The translations under genes and the position numbers were made by a program. A stretch of DNA of 63,947 bases, the filler included, from Conidiobolus incongruus B7586 (taxonomy: Eukaryota), in the NCBI GenBank assembly GCA_000697335.1. It is 7 parts of 7 records of this genome, joined end to end, with 100 filler letters (N's around TTAATTAATTAA, not from the genome) between each part and the next. Parts side by side here need not be neighbours in the genome. Positions count along the whole stretch, not along the records: positions 1 to 7,028 come from JNEM01006149.1; positions 7,129 to 31,211 come from JNEM01006150.1; 5 more parts are not named here. One strand, given 5' to 3'. A model generated the notes under the pieces. It was not told where the DNA came from. It made no database searches and saw only the letters and a program-made list of their open reading frames with translations. Shown in pieces: positions 1-14,000 of the stretch (positions within the stretch are counted from its first letter, which is position 1; the number at the start of each line of letters is the position of its first letter).

Positions 1-305
1 TTTATCTACTTGATCTTATCTTGTCTGATTTTACCTCTGAACCCTCACCAACTTTTACATATAAAAATAGGAACCATTGCCAAATAAACAAGGACTTTTT
101 TCCCACACTGTTCACATTGAAACAACTTGTATACATTGCCCTGCTATACTTTTGCTTTTTTATTTTTTGTTTAATTTTGTTTATTTTTTTATTATATTTC
201 TTTTAATTGGGAAGTTTACTCTCAGTTAAAATAATTTAATTAATCAAATTATTTTATTAATATTATATTTTTATATATTATTTTGATATTATTTCTAATT
301 TATTT

Positions 306-1322
306 TGTTGGGTGTTAATGCTAACAACAATGGGTTTTACAAGCTTAAACAAAGAATCACCAGTGGTAAACAATAAATTACTATTTAATTAAGGGAAATT
401 ATTGGGGTTTACTAAAGTAGGTGAAAATAACTTGCTACAAATCAAGTTCTTTGAATAAAGTAAATATCTTGTGCTTATTACAACTTAACACTTTTGTGAA
501 AGTTACAAGAAAAACTTAGAGACTATATACTTTTGAAAATGAAAATAAAAAATATGTTTATTAGTTTGCTTATGATAATCTTATATTAGATTCTATTGTT
601 GATTTTTGTGGACATAAATAACTTATAGGTAGAAAGTAATAAGATCAATTAGTTTATAGGATATAATACCTCTAATATAACTTCTTAAATCCTATAGTAA
701 TTAGAGTTTCTTAAGTAATTAATAAGATTATTCTCTATTAATACCTTTATTTTATCTTTGTTTATCTTAAATATAAAGGCAATAACTTAAAAACTTTATC
801 TTCTAGAAGTAGGTTGTATTTTATTTAAGTAATATTATAGGTTGGTTTTATTTGATAAGTATTGAATAGGTATAACTAAAGGTTAAAACTATTAGGTTAA
901 AATAAAGTTTCTTTAGCTATAATCCTCTTATTTTAAATTAACTTATTAGTTTGGTAAGATTTTTTTTTGTGTTTTTTTTTAAAAAAAAATAGTAAATTAA
1001 TAAATAAAAGATAAATAAAATATAAAGAGAAACAAAAGAAAAAAATAGAGAAAAAGTATAAATTAGTATAAAAAGTATATAACAAAGATAATTACTTATT
1101 TAATATAAAGCTGCTGATAATTCACCTATTTTCTATTTTTTTCAAGTTGATTAGGTAAGCTTATAAGGTATATGCTTTTTCAATTGTAATCCCTAATAAT
1201 ATAGCTAGAAACCTAGTTATTTATAAGTTTAAAATAAAAGATACAAGTCTTCTTATAATTCCACTATATAACTTTATTTCTAATATAGTAAAGCTTTTTA
1301 ACAAGTTAATTTTAATTGCACA
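306..1322 (-). repeat. 3' LTR of element A (~1 kb)
   Basis: The left end matches the copy at 6949-7028. The right end is inferred from a minus-strand TGTGCA start preceded directly by a purine tract. That boundary cannot be confirmed because the other LTR is truncated. Confidence 0.65.
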
Positions 1323-1340
1323 ACTCTTTTTTTTTCTTAA
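1323..1340 (-). other. Polypurine tract (PPT) of element A
   Basis: Minus strand reads TTAAGAAAAAAAAAGAGT immediately before TGT. It resembles a G>A-mutated Gypsy PPT. Confidence 0.6.
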
Positions 1341-2825
1341 ATGATAACTTAATTAAAAAAGAGAAGATTTAGTTGTTTATTCTAGGGAAGTTTCTTCTAT
1401 AAATCAAACAAAGCTTGTTTCTTAAACTTAGCTTGGTTAAAATTAACACTATATATTATATAAAAGGGAGTGAGCTTTTCTAAACCTTTATAGGGATTTA
1501 TTTTATATACTTATATGATATCTGTTAAAACTTTATTTTACTCTTAGTTAATTTCTTAGACTTTTTTTTTAAAGTTGTTATATAAAGTTTAATTTGTTCA
1601 CTTAGTGTAACTATTAAAATTAAAGGTATAAGGGGTTATTTTAATATATTTAGTTTTTAGTTAAATAAGCACCTTACTAAAGATTTTTGTAGTAGAATAT
1701 ATTCTATAATCTAAGATTAGATATTAAAATATTCTATAGTTAGTGATGATATAGTAAAATAAATGGGTAGTGGTGATAGAAACAATATAATTCTTTGTTG
1801 GGACAGCTACTACCTATTTAGTAGTATGTTTAGTAAACATAAATATATACTTGTTACTAAGAAGAGTAAGGTTAAAAGGTTTTACAAAATTAACTCCCTA
1901 GTGGTTAAAGATCCCTTTAAAGGTAACCCAAATAACTTCATCAATTATAAAGGTGCCAGGTTAATTTTCTTTATATTAACTATAACTTTTACAATAATTA
2001 TTAATTTATTCTTTTATTTTTAGCTACTAATACTAGAAACTAATTTTTTTATAAGTAGTTTTTTGAGAGAAATACCTTTCTTTTATTTTTTAGAGGGATT
2101 TCCTTATAAACTTTAATATCAATTAGATTTACTACTTTGTGTATTTTTTCATCAATGAATATATAATTAAAAGCTCTACAATGAATTTTTTTTAAGCCTA
2201 TATATATATATCTTGTTATCTTAAATATTTTTGAGATAAATGATTATATTAATTAAAAAGTTTTTATATTTGTTATCAAGTTAATCACATTCTTTTTTAA
2301 GGATTTTTATTATGTAGACTTTAATTTTTAGCTAAGACATAAAATAAACATTATAGTTTTTTAATCTAGCTTTATAGATTATAGTGTAATTAAAGTAAAA
2401 GAGGATTATCATCTAATGAAATTGTTGAGGAGAAGGATTAAACAATTATAAATAACTTTTAACAAATATATAATTAATGAAAATAGTAAAATAATATTTA
2501 AACAGGTATACTTTAAAGTACTCTACTATCTTTACAATTACCAAAGCTTTTTTTATGTGACCCTATACTTTTCCTCTGTTAGATTTAAAGTGTTAAACTA
2601 AAATTAAATAAGGTGCTTATAGCTATTGTTATCAAACTATTTTAATACAATACCTATAGTATAACTAAATAAGTTAGTGCTTAAGAAAAACTCTTTGCTA
2701 TAATCTAAGCTTATTAAAACTAGTTCCTGAAGGAGAGTATTTTTTAAATTATAAAAAACTAGTTTACAAATATAGTTTTAGTTAAAGGAAGTGTGTTTTT
2801 AAAAAAAACATATTAGTAGATAAGT

Positions 2826-3170
2826 TTAGTTAGAGTAGTTTTCTACAAACACATAATAATAACCTATAAGTTTTAAAAAAACATATATACTCTTTATATC
2901 TTTAAGAAGAGTAAAGGTTCTAATTTTATTTAGATTATTTATATTAAGTTTAATCTTTCTATTACCTATAATATAACCTAGATATCCTAGCTTAAAAAAA
3001 CCAAATTGATATTTTTTTGAATTAATACATAAGTTAAACTTATGAAAAGCTTTAAATACTAAATTTAAATAATATAGGTGATTGTTAATAGATTCTAAAT
3101 AGATAAAAATATTATCTAGGTATATAACTATAAATTTATAAAGATACTCTTGTAAGATGATATTTATCAT
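2826..3170 (-). pseudogene. Reverse transcriptase fragment of element A
   Basis: The translation FIVIYLDNIFIY...H...L..VF...NL.IN.KK.QF....L.YLGYII matches the Ty3/Gypsy RT palm. YLDD is mutated to YLDN (3111-3122), and the frame is bounded by stops. Confidence 0.92.
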
Positions 3171-6100
3171 TTCTTAAAAAAATCTTAAAGTGTTACACAC
3201 TCTAAATAATAACCTCTTATACTAAAATTGCTTATCAGGAATATTAAAAGCAGTTTTTTTATGGTTACTTTCTTTAACTATTATTTAGTGATAATTTAAT
3301 ATAAGATTAAGTAAAGAGAAGATCCTTCTTTTTTATAATATATCTAACTTGTTACATTAAAGGTAATAGATAGAGATTCTTTATAATAATATTATTCAAA
3401 GGTTTAAAATTAACATATATTTATAACTTCCCATTTTTTTAAGATGATCACTACTTTAAAATTTTATTCAGAGGTGGTTTTTTCAATAATGTTACCTTTG
3501 AGCATCTTTTTTATATCTTCTAAAATCTTTAGTTGAAGATGGTAAGCAACAACAGAATTATCATAATTAATAAACTTATCCATTTTATAAATAAAATCAA
3601 TAATGAAATCTTTATAAGTTGCCCTAGGGAGTTTATTCAAGTTTATAGCAATTAGATTATTCTAAAACTAAAGAAAGGTAGTTAATTTACTATGATATTG
3701 TTTTAGTTTAATGTTATACCTAATGTCTTAGATTTCACCTTTTTTTTTTAATTAACCTTTAGTTGTGCTAAAAATCACTAGAATTATATCTAGGGGTAGA
3801 GTAATAATTACATATAAGCTGGTAGGTTTTTTACAAAGGGTTATTATCATAACAAACTTATGTTTGCTATTATAAGTAATATAGATGGTGTTTGTTGCTA
3901 CACAGAATATTACCTTAATTTTATAGAGCCAATCAATACCAAAAAGCATTTTAATCCTGTTAGTTTAAATTAATTAAAACTCCTAATTGAAAATAATACT
4001 CTTAACTTATATTTAAACTAGCTTTAATAAACCTAAAAAGCTTTTAACCCTAGTAACAATAATAAACACTGTATTTTTAGCTACATTATATGAAATATTT
4101 AGGGTATTAGCTAAATCTTCTGATATAAAACTCAACCTTAAGCTATAATCTATATAAGTATAGTATAGTTCACCTTTTATCTAAACTTTTATATATAGGT
4201 AGTATTTCCTTTTAGTAAATGTAGTTATATTATAATTAAGCTGTATTGTGGGTACTAAACTTGATTCTAACACTAGATTTTTAGTAGAGTGTGATTTAAA
4301 AGGGTGCATAAGTATTTTTTGATGGGTTTCTTAAAAATATAAGGTGAGTACTATAAGTACTTCTTCTTCTTAAATAAACTAATCTTTTTTTTAAGGATTA
4401 GTGAAATAGACTTTAATATCTTTTTAGTATCCAAGGTAAAAAATATATTACTCTAAAATTATCCCTTTATAGAAAAAGTAGATACAATTGTTATTTATAA
4501 CTATAATATGCCTGGGTGATATAGTAAATATCAGTCTTATATTATATACTCTATTGTAGTTTAAGGATAGCTTAATATCTTCTGGTGTATAAAAGGTGAG
4601 TGTAAAAAGAGTAATTATAATCATTTCAACTTCTTTTTCTAACTCTACCTAGAAACAATCAGGTGATTTTTCTGAAAAATTAGATGATTTAGAGAATTCT
4701 TCTTCTATTAACATTCCTTTAACTATTATCTTGGGGGACACCTTTTTTTGAAGATTTGCACAAGACACAAAATTTATAAAACTTAGCTTTCTCTATATTA
4801 TAGTAATTAGGGTATCTAAGAATTTTTCAACTAGCTTGTTAACAACCTAAGCTTAAAGTTCCTAGAGTGAAGAGTGTTCTGAGGGAGTAGATACTATAGG
4901 GGTTTTTTCTAGAGTAGGTGGTTTCTAGAATAAGTCTTCTAAATACAAGGTTTGATTAAGATCCTACTTCAACATCTTTAAATACTTTACTTATTTGGTA
5001 GCTATAAACTCTTTAAATTCATCTAAGGAGATTTTCTTACTAACAGGTATAGGTTTAGTTTTTAACTTTAACCCTTTTTGTAATAAAATATAGGAAAGAT
5101 TAGAGCTTTAGTTCTTCTTTCCCCTGAAGGTTATATCTAGCTTCTTATCATCAATAGTGGTGGAGTTAGCTTTAGTAGGTAGAGTTATTATAGTGACTTT
5201 CTTCTCTCCTTTAACTTTACCTTTAACTAGCTCATCTACCTTTATAACTATAGGCTATTCTTTAGAAGGCTTGCTTACCTTTGTTTTACCAAGATTATTT
5301 TTAGTTATAGTAAATAACTCCTTGTGAGGTTAAAGTTTAGTAGCTAAGGGTTGTTCTCTAGGTTTTTTTATAGAGGGAAGCCTTTTAGCAAGTTGAGATT
5401 ATCTTTAGCTTAGTTATAGGTATGATGTTTAGCCATCATTTGTTTAATAAGATAGTTTTTATAAGTAGAGGGATAACTAACCTCAATGTTTAACTCATCA
5501 TCTATATATTTAAAATATATATTTTGAGATATAATATCTTCTTTAGGTATTCTACCTAAGGGATCATTAGCTTTTTCCTTTTAGGGATTTAAAAACACAA
5601 TAAAATAAATTTCAGTATTTTTCTTTCTTGATAGGGATTTATTATTAAAGTTACTCCTTATAGTTATAGATTTATTAAAAGAAACTTTAGAACTTTCTTT
5701 TGTGTTGGATTAAAAGAGGTCTATACTTTTCATGGTATTTCTAATCTTTTTTATTTAAAAAGCATACAAGTAATTAAATTCTAACTTTTTTACTACTAGG
5801 TATAACTTGTTGAGTAAGTAGTTTCTTAAACTATTAAACTTATAAGCAAAACTATTTTTGAGTCCCTTCTTCAAGCTATAATAGAATCTATGATATATAA
5901 GGACAAGAGTTCCTAAACAACAATATTTACTTAATCTATTAAGTCACTTATACTATACCCTTATAGTTTTACATTGAGCTTTAAAAGCTATTATGTATTT
6001 AGCTTTATATTGTATAAAGTAAGAGGGTTAGATCATAACCTTTTTGAATTCTAGATGTAACTATTTTTATAATATATTGAAGATATTGCCTAGGCAAGTA

Positions 6101-6926
6101 GCAATTGACATTTGTTTATATAAAAAGAACTTAAAGGAAATATCAACAGCTAAATAAATTACTAATGAATTGCTTAGGTAACCTAATGCAATTAGTTTTT
6201 TAATCTATAAGATTCAGTTATCTTGTTTATTAGGTACTAGTCTAATAGATTTTAACTATTCTAGGGTAGAGGTTTAAGCTTGTTTAGCTTTATAATAATT
6301 GTTGGGTCTTCTATAAGTTACTTAGTGATTAGTACCTATGTAAAAGTAGGGAGTTTCTATAATATTACAAGGGTATTAGAAAGTAACTAAGGATAGTCTA
6401 TACTTGATTAATATAAAGTAGCTTAATGCTTCATCTAAATACACTTAGATTATAGTTCTTATTTTCAAGTCTAATTGGGTATCTAACCTTATAAAGAGTT
6501 TATCCAATTTGTTATTAATTTTGCTTGCTATTTTATCTTGTTGTTGGTGGGTGAAGTAAGATAATTGGGAACTAATAGAACAATATATTAGGTTTAATGG
6601 GATTTGATAACTTTTGGATAATTAATATCTACTTCAAGTATTCTCTTGTAGAGCTTAACTTTCTCCTATTAAAAGGTGTTCTGATGTTGCTAGGGTTATA
6701 ATAGATGTGGGATAGCTATTTGTGGGTAGCTCTAAGAGGTTTCTTGATGGTAACCTACTAGTATAGCTAGGATATTCTTTTATTTATACTTTGTGTGTTG
6801 TGGGGAGGAATCTAAAAAGAGGTTTACTTGGGGAGTTATTATATAGCACTTTTAATTTAGAAATTAGAGTAGTTGTGTAATATTCTTGGTTAAATAATTT
6901 AACTTTTCTCAAGTTACTTATAGTAA

Positions 6927-6944
6927 TCTTTAGTGGAATCACCA
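6927..6944 (-). other. Primer-binding site of element A, probably tRNA-Arg type (degenerate)
   Basis: Minus strand TGGTGATTCCACTAAAGA lies 4 nt inside the 5' LTR. It differs from an Arg-type PBS (TGGCGACTCC(A/G)CTGGG) only by C>T/G>A changes. Confidence 0.55.
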
Positions 6945-6948
6945 CAAA

Positions 6949-7028
6949 TATTAGGTGTTAACACTAACAACAATAGGTTTTAAAAGCTTAAATAGGGAAT
7001 CACTAGTAATAAACAATAAATTACTATA
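6949..7028 (-). repeat. 5' LTR of element A (truncated by gap)
   Basis: 79 nt align without gaps to 306-384, with 12 differences, 11 of them transitions. Confidence 0.9.
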
Positions 7029-7128
7029 NNNNNNNNNNNNNNNNNNNNNNNNNNNNNNNNNNNNNNNNNNNNTTAATTAATTAANNNNNNNNNNNNNNNN
7101 NNNNNNNNNNNNNNNNNNNNNNNNNNNN
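7029..7128. other. Assembly spacer (N-run with TTAATTAATTAA stop linker); the same spacer occurs at 31212-31311, 47688-47787, 55668-55767, 60453-60552 and 62569-62668
   Basis: Six identical 100-nt N/TTAATTAATTAA/N blocks. This is a technical artefact, so adjacency across them is not guaranteed. Confidence 0.98.
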
Positions 7129-10100
7129 AATAAATAATATTTATATTATTATATATTATTAAAATTTAAAATCATATCATATTTTATAATGAATTAATTA
7201 TCAAATTGATAATATTTTTAGATAATAAAATCAAAGATAAAACTAAAATTCAAAATATCTTATATCCAAAATATCTAATAATAAATTTATTAACTTTAAT
7301 ATGGGATATAATAATAAATTAATATTTTTGATATATAAGGAGGGGAAATTAATATTGATTAAAATTAATTAATTTAATAATTACAAGTATAAACAAAATT
7401 TATTTAAAATAAAATATTAAAAGAGGAAGTATTTAAAATAATATAACAATGAATACCTAGTTTATGAAATTTAATATGTAATAATTAAATATAATATTAA
7501 TTTAATACATATTATTTCTACAATGCTGGTTGCTAACAATATATAACATAAATAGATAAGCAAGTAAACTATTGTTAGTAAGTGACAGTATTAGATCAAA
7601 AGCTTATTAAGCAGACAGGAGGATATTATTATGTAGTAAGAGATCCAACTACCTCCCTTAGTTAGTCTTTTAATATCTGTCATTTATAATTTGCTTGTCA
7701 ACTAAAGATTGTGTTAAGAGGCGATATAGGTCTGCTAAAGAAAGAAATCTTTAGATTAGAGTGATGTACTCTCCAAGGTAACATCCTCATAAGGAAATAA
7801 ATGGCGAGGTAAAAATGCTCGGTCGGGTTACCGTCTAGGTAACCACAATATTAAAGGTAGAAATATTAAATGAATTAATGCATAAAAACCAATAATCCAA
7901 GACAAAGTTTATTTGAAATGTAATTTAATAAAATACAAAAATTCAATCGAAAAACGAATATGCCCTAATTGAAATTTACATATTAATAAAAATAATGAAG
8001 TAATGTTTTTTAAAGTACCATATTAAATAGTAATTATTTTATTTATATTGTTTGGGGAATTGTTTTAATCAAAATAATATACTATAAGGTTTTCTAGGAA
8101 AATTAAAATAATCTCTATTCTAATATTAAAATTATTTATTCAAATTTAAGCATAAATAAATTATAAATATTATTAGTTTTTGTAACAATTTTGAATTTAA
8201 ATAATAACATTTTTAATTTTCATTTATCCATAGATTTAAGCTAATTTTTATCAAATAATTATAAGAAATAATTATATTTGGTGGATATTGATGTATTAAT
8301 CACTTAAATAATTGAAAGAGTTTCAACTTGGCCATATTTAGATATCTTTCAATGCTTTTATTGAACAGGTTTGAATTTAAATGTATAAACTGAGCAAATA
8401 AAAAATTATCAAGTTTTACTCACAAAGTATTATGCTCAAAATTTGATTTCATAAAAATTAATGTCAAGTTTCCAAAATACTTTAAAAAAGGAGTACGTAA
8501 TTTGCAAACAATTGTTCTTAGTAAACTATTATTAATATTATAATAACCCATTTGTTATATCTCAATAATTTTTGAAGTTTTTATATTGTTGATACATATG
8601 CGCAAAAACATTAAAATTCTTAATATAAAATCATTTCAATAATTTAAACATAATGAGATTTAAGGTTTAATATTTGAAAAAAAAGTAAATCGGCATAGTA
8701 TTTTTAATATATATTCGTTGATAGATTATCTATGATATATTCAAAAACAACATTAACTAACTCAACTAAAAACGGAAGGAGTGTGAAAATAATTAGTTCA
8801 ATACCAAAGAATCTTTCATTCTCACTACATATTATCAAATTTATACATATCAAATGGGAAAATTGTAATAATTTTGATGGTTTTTAAGTGTGATAAAAAT
8901 AAAATTGTAATAAAATCAATGGCTATTAATTTTTATTATATTGCATTTGATTTAGTCAGATTATATATCTCAAGAAATTATATTTTTAGAATATAGTTTA
9001 TAAACAAGTTGTTATGGAATATATCTAAAATATATTGACTATGAAAAATATATGGATGCATCTGTGTACATGGCTTATAAAGTGATTTATAAAATATGAT
9101 AGTTTTTATTAATCAATTTAAAAAGATTGAATATGGTAATAGAAACTATCATTTTTGATTATCAGAATGTTATATATAGAATTTGGTGTATAATATTCGG
9201 TTAATATTGCTTAACCCGGGTCAACCTGAAACAATTTTATATTAATTATTTTATTTCTTTGAGAGCGTCCAAACCGACCGATGTTGTATAAAATTTATTT
9301 TTTAATTTTGGCATTCAACCCCTTATTATTGAGTAGATTGTTGATAATTCTCTATTAATAATAATATTCTAAATATTATTGAATCCGACCGATGTCGTTT
9401 AAAAATAATTTTTTCAACTTTATTGTATTTGAATCAAAATCATTATATGAATATAACTTATATTTAGTTCATCATAATTTATTAGACAACAAAAGTATGT
9501 TAAAAATTTACTTGAAAATTTAATCAAAATGCATCAGCGCAGATGGAATCAATCATTTTTTCAATTCTTTGTATTAAAACGGCTTAAAAATAGAATAAAT
9601 TAACTAAAATTGATACAAGATATACGGATAAAAGTTTAATATGTGCTTTAATGTGTAAAAATAAATGCAATAAAATGTATTATAATACTCAAGCAGAAAG
9701 TGATTATACGTTTATATTTGGGAGTATTGTTACAATATTTTAACAAGAACATGTAGCTAATAGATAGCATAACATACACTGATTCTAGACTAAGTGAATG
9801 TTGTTAATTATATTAATGCTCTATTAAACATGATAAATCCCTCATTTTTTCAACAATTGATGATGTTTAAAAAAGTGAAAATCAATAGAAGAAATCATAT
9901 AATAAAGGTTAATTTTGAAAATACCACTTAATATCTAAATCCCGGGATATTTAACCAATAAGTTAATAATAATTTGCATAAGATATTATATCCCATTATT
10001 TTGATCACAATTTTCATAATTTACTCAATTTTTATGTGATTCGGGAAATTTTTATGAATAAAATCTGGAAAAATTTTATAAAAATAATTTTTTTAAAACA

Positions 10101-10979
10101 TTACTTTGACATGCAGATGTATAAACGAAAAAAACAAAATACTAAAGTTTATTTGATTATGATGCTACTAGCATAATTAAGTTTTAATAATTTTATATTA
10201 TTATTTATATTTGAAATGATCGAATAACCTACCCTGACTCATAGATACTTCGATTAAAGTATTAAAAATTAGTATTTATTCAAAAATCTTGCCATTAAAA
10301 GTTAAATAATAACGCTAGTACAATCAACTTACATAACTGTAAATTTTAATATAAACAATATTAATAAAACAAATTAATTTAAAAAAATGCATTGATGGAC
10401 ACAAATAATCTCAATTAATCAATTTTTCAGCCCAATGATCCATCCCTAACCTGATTTAATTTTATCAAATTTCAAAGTGAACGAATTTTTGAAAATATAA
10501 GTTTCGGTAAAAAAATAAAAGAAATCTTCAACTATTAAGGAAATTCGCCCAAAGTAAACTGATGCATATTTAGTTAAATGCTCTTAAGTACCTTTAGATG
10601 GTTAACCCCCTTACTTGCTTATTTTAAATTCAAAAAATTAAGTCGAATGGATTTATCAAAGTGTAAATTGTTTAGTTTAACATTATTATACAGTACTTGG
10701 TTATTGTAAACGGAAATTGATTAATTTTTTAAATTTTTATAAATTGCATAATAATTAAATTATAAAAAAAATCACAAATATTAATATTTTTAATATTGCA
10801 CCAGTTAAGGAAAAGCGTTCAATTTACTAATACAAATATTCTGGTATATTTTAAAATAATAAAAAATAAATTTTAATATTTTCAAAATTATATAGCTAAT
10901 GGAATATTATTTAATATGAGTAATCTACACCTTGCCAAAGTGATTTTTCTATATATCCTAATTATTATATTTCTCGATT

Positions 10980-10982
<3 letters not shown>

Positions 10983-11013
<31 letters not shown>
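10983..11013. repeat. (AT)n microsatellite
   Basis: Uninterrupted AT run; a shorter one lies at ~54308-54331. Confidence 0.9.
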
Positions 11014-11016
<3 letters not shown>

Positions 11017-14000
11017 CGAAAAAAACAAAAATTTCTATTTGCATATTTTAACTGGTATGAAATGCAGACATTGCAAATGCTGTGATTCAAGGAAAGTTTC
11101 CCACTTTGAATAATTCATAATTATTCTAGGTATGCTATGCAAAACATTTTGAGTAGACTTGAATTGTTACAATTTATAATTGACCCAACAAACGTAGCAA
11201 TGTTCAAGTACAAGCCATTAAATACAAAACAAAATAAATTGATCCAGTATTTGTTATCGTATCATAAAAGATTGAAAGATTAATAATATGTTGGCTGTTA
11301 AAACAAAGAATGAACAGCATACAATGTCAAATAAGTCATAAATCATCCAATTTTAAATATTGCCAAAGTTTCAATCATAACCTGTTTGATTAAGTAGATT
11401 TCCAAAGAATTTTCATATTCTCGATTAAATTAAGTGTATTTTTCGGAAAATGATGTTACAAATTAAATACCCATAAAAAGAAATGAATTCATTCATATTT
11501 GCATGTTTAGAGAGGAATACTTTATTTTGTATATATTTGATATCTTTCATAATCAAATATTAATCTACTTTACATCTTTATTTAACTATACTAAGGATCG
11601 GTAATTTTTTTAAAATTGATTTTATTAAAGAAAAATCTGATAAATCAAAAATTTCTTTTCAATGTTTTTATTTGACTTTAAAATTACTTAAATTGTATGC
11701 AATATTTGAAATTTTCGCTTTAAAGAGATTAAATTATCTCATTTAGATAAAAACATTTAAATAAATAAAGTTAAAATATAAATAAACTGGTATTTATAAT
11801 GGTATCATTTAGCATAATTCAACTTGTTAATTGTGTATCATTGATAGATAGAATTGATAGCATATATTCAAGCTATTCGTCATCGCATATCAAACCTTTG
11901 TTAAATTGTAAAGATGAAAGATTTAACCTGTTTATAAAGTGCCAAATATTAAAACTACGGTAACTTTAGACAATTTAGGGTAGGAAATTACAAAATATAT
12001 AATTTAACATCGAATTAAATAAAAGAAATATGTTTAGATTATAAGGATTATATTTAATTTCTAATATAATAATGAATTCTTCATATAACAATTTTATAAT
12101 AATAAATTAATAAATATTTTATCAGATGATTAATTAAATTTAATATAATCCCTGAAAATTTAAAATTAGCATAACTATGACATATTATGATCATTCAATA
12201 CATATATTTACAGTTATGCAATAGTAAATTATTTTGTTATTGATCACAAATCAATGATATATTTTTGTTGAATCAATTTTGATAAATAGCCACTGAAAAC
12301 TTCAATGTAATATATTATTCAAGTTCTAAATATCGTATCATATAGCATTATCAACAGAAAATATCGTCAATATATCAAATGTATCTAATTGGTAATAAAT
12401 AATCGTAGCATTCGTCACTATTAATCAAACTTACAAAGGAGTCCAATGTTTCAAAATTAACCTGTATATTTTGGACTATTTTCAAAAGTAATTTGGGAAC
12501 AATGGAGCTATTTTTATAAAAATTTCGGAGCAAAATTACAATATTAAAAAATCAAAAAGGAAATGAAAGATTAATGACGGATGCAATCGTGTCAGGTGAT
12601 TAAAAAATTCCATCGTTTCAGTGTATCCCTTACATTATTCTGAAAGAACTTGAAGAAAATAGTGGTTAAAATTGTTGAGAATATCTATCCACTGTACATA
12701 TCCATATTAAATCCCTATCACCAACCAGTAGGATTCCAAGTAGCATATAGTGCAATACTCAGTCACCAAGTTTCATTTGAATAGTACTTGCTGGACTCTA
12801 ACCTGTTATTTACAATTTGCATCGTATTTTATCCAATATCAACAGGAAATTTAAAACTATTCAATTTTATTTGAGGGTTCTTTAGAATATGTGAGGTTCA
12901 TAAAACCTACATAACAGATATTATATCACATTATATTAGTATTGATATCATCATTATCAGTAAATTACATGCAATATTTAATAATAATTTTAGAGGTGAA
13001 AAAACATAGCAATCACGTTAGGTTAATATATTAACTATACCTTAGATTTTTATCGAATTTAATCTGTTAAAAGTTAATAGAAAAATGTTTACTCCAATAA
13101 CTGAAAATACCTCGGTACTAAGACCGAATTAATAGGGTAATTAACCAATAAACTTAAGAATTTCTGATGATTAGCTGAGTTTTATCCATCACATAAACAC
13201 AATTATTCTGTTAATTAGGATAAATTTTTTTCCATGGATATATATATTCAAATCCGATTAATTAATATAAATTTTTATTTGTTAAAATATAATATTATTG
13301 ATTATTTGGCGTAATAAATTAAAATGCAATAATTATTATAATTTCATTTGAATTTTTATGATGATTTTATTTTATTAATAACAATTTGATTATTATTAGA
13401 AATTTATGTTAAATCCTTTTTTAATTTAACAAATAATTAGAATAGCTCGATTTATAATAACAATAAAAAAATATTTTTCTGATCAATATAAAAGACTAAT
13501 ATTTATAACTCTCATTGCATTAATTTTAGCCCAATAATTTTCAAAATATTGACAAATTGAGTTATTTTTATTTGCTAATTGAATAAATATTTGTGTCAAC
13601 TTATTTTTAAGTTTATGTTTTATACTAATATGTATCGATCATTATTGGCTTAATGAGAAAAGATGGATTTCAAAAGATTATAAAAATTTTGATATCTATT
13701 CTGATTATTTATAAAAAGAATTTTATTAAAATAGTTAAATACCATCTCCAATTTATTTAAAGAATAATTTAAATAGGTTTATCTAATATTATCAATTAGA
13801 AAAAAAACTACTTTTTAAATAATATAAGTTTTCAATTCGATCCTCTAAAATATTATTTGTTTTAACGTTTTTTACACCTTTAAATGGAAGAAACTATTTC
13901 AAATATTACAAAAATAATAGTTAAAATTCTTTGAACAAATTAAATTTCTTAATATGTAAAAAAATGTTCGATAATAATTGGTTAAAACTAGTATAGAATT

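Larger units (their letters stand above)
306..7028 (-). mobile_element. Degenerate Ty3/Gypsy LTR retrotransposon (element A); 5' LTR truncated by an assembly gap
   Basis: Direct repeats start at 306 (TGTTGGGTGTTAATGCTAAC...) and 6949 (TATTAGGTGTTAACACTAAC...). On the minus strand the order is protease-like (~4100-4190, YIDYS..SFISEDLA), RT (ORF 2826-3170, FIVIYLDNIFIY), integrase (~1795-1915, FNH*GVNFV and NKYIFMFTKHTTK*VVAVPTK). This is the Gypsy order. A PBS and a PPT lie next to the LTRs. Confidence 0.92.

Noticed and set aside
21..206. 61-aa ORF
   Set aside because: TTG start and a Phe-rich product from a T-rich tract; no coding signal.
1763..2023. Plus-strand 86-aa ORF (also 3752-3949 and 43438-43653)
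   Set aside because: The first is antisense to the integrase relic; the others are residual open stretches inside decayed retrotransposons.
7073..7084. TTAATTAATTAA palindrome repeated six times between N-runs
   Set aside because: It is an artificial stop-codon linker from contig concatenation, not a biological repeat or CRISPR array.
12380..12900. GC-richer patch with an intron-like GTAAGT..TAG on the minus strand
   Set aside because: Every frame I translated had several stops and no recognisable motif, so a gene cannot be supported.
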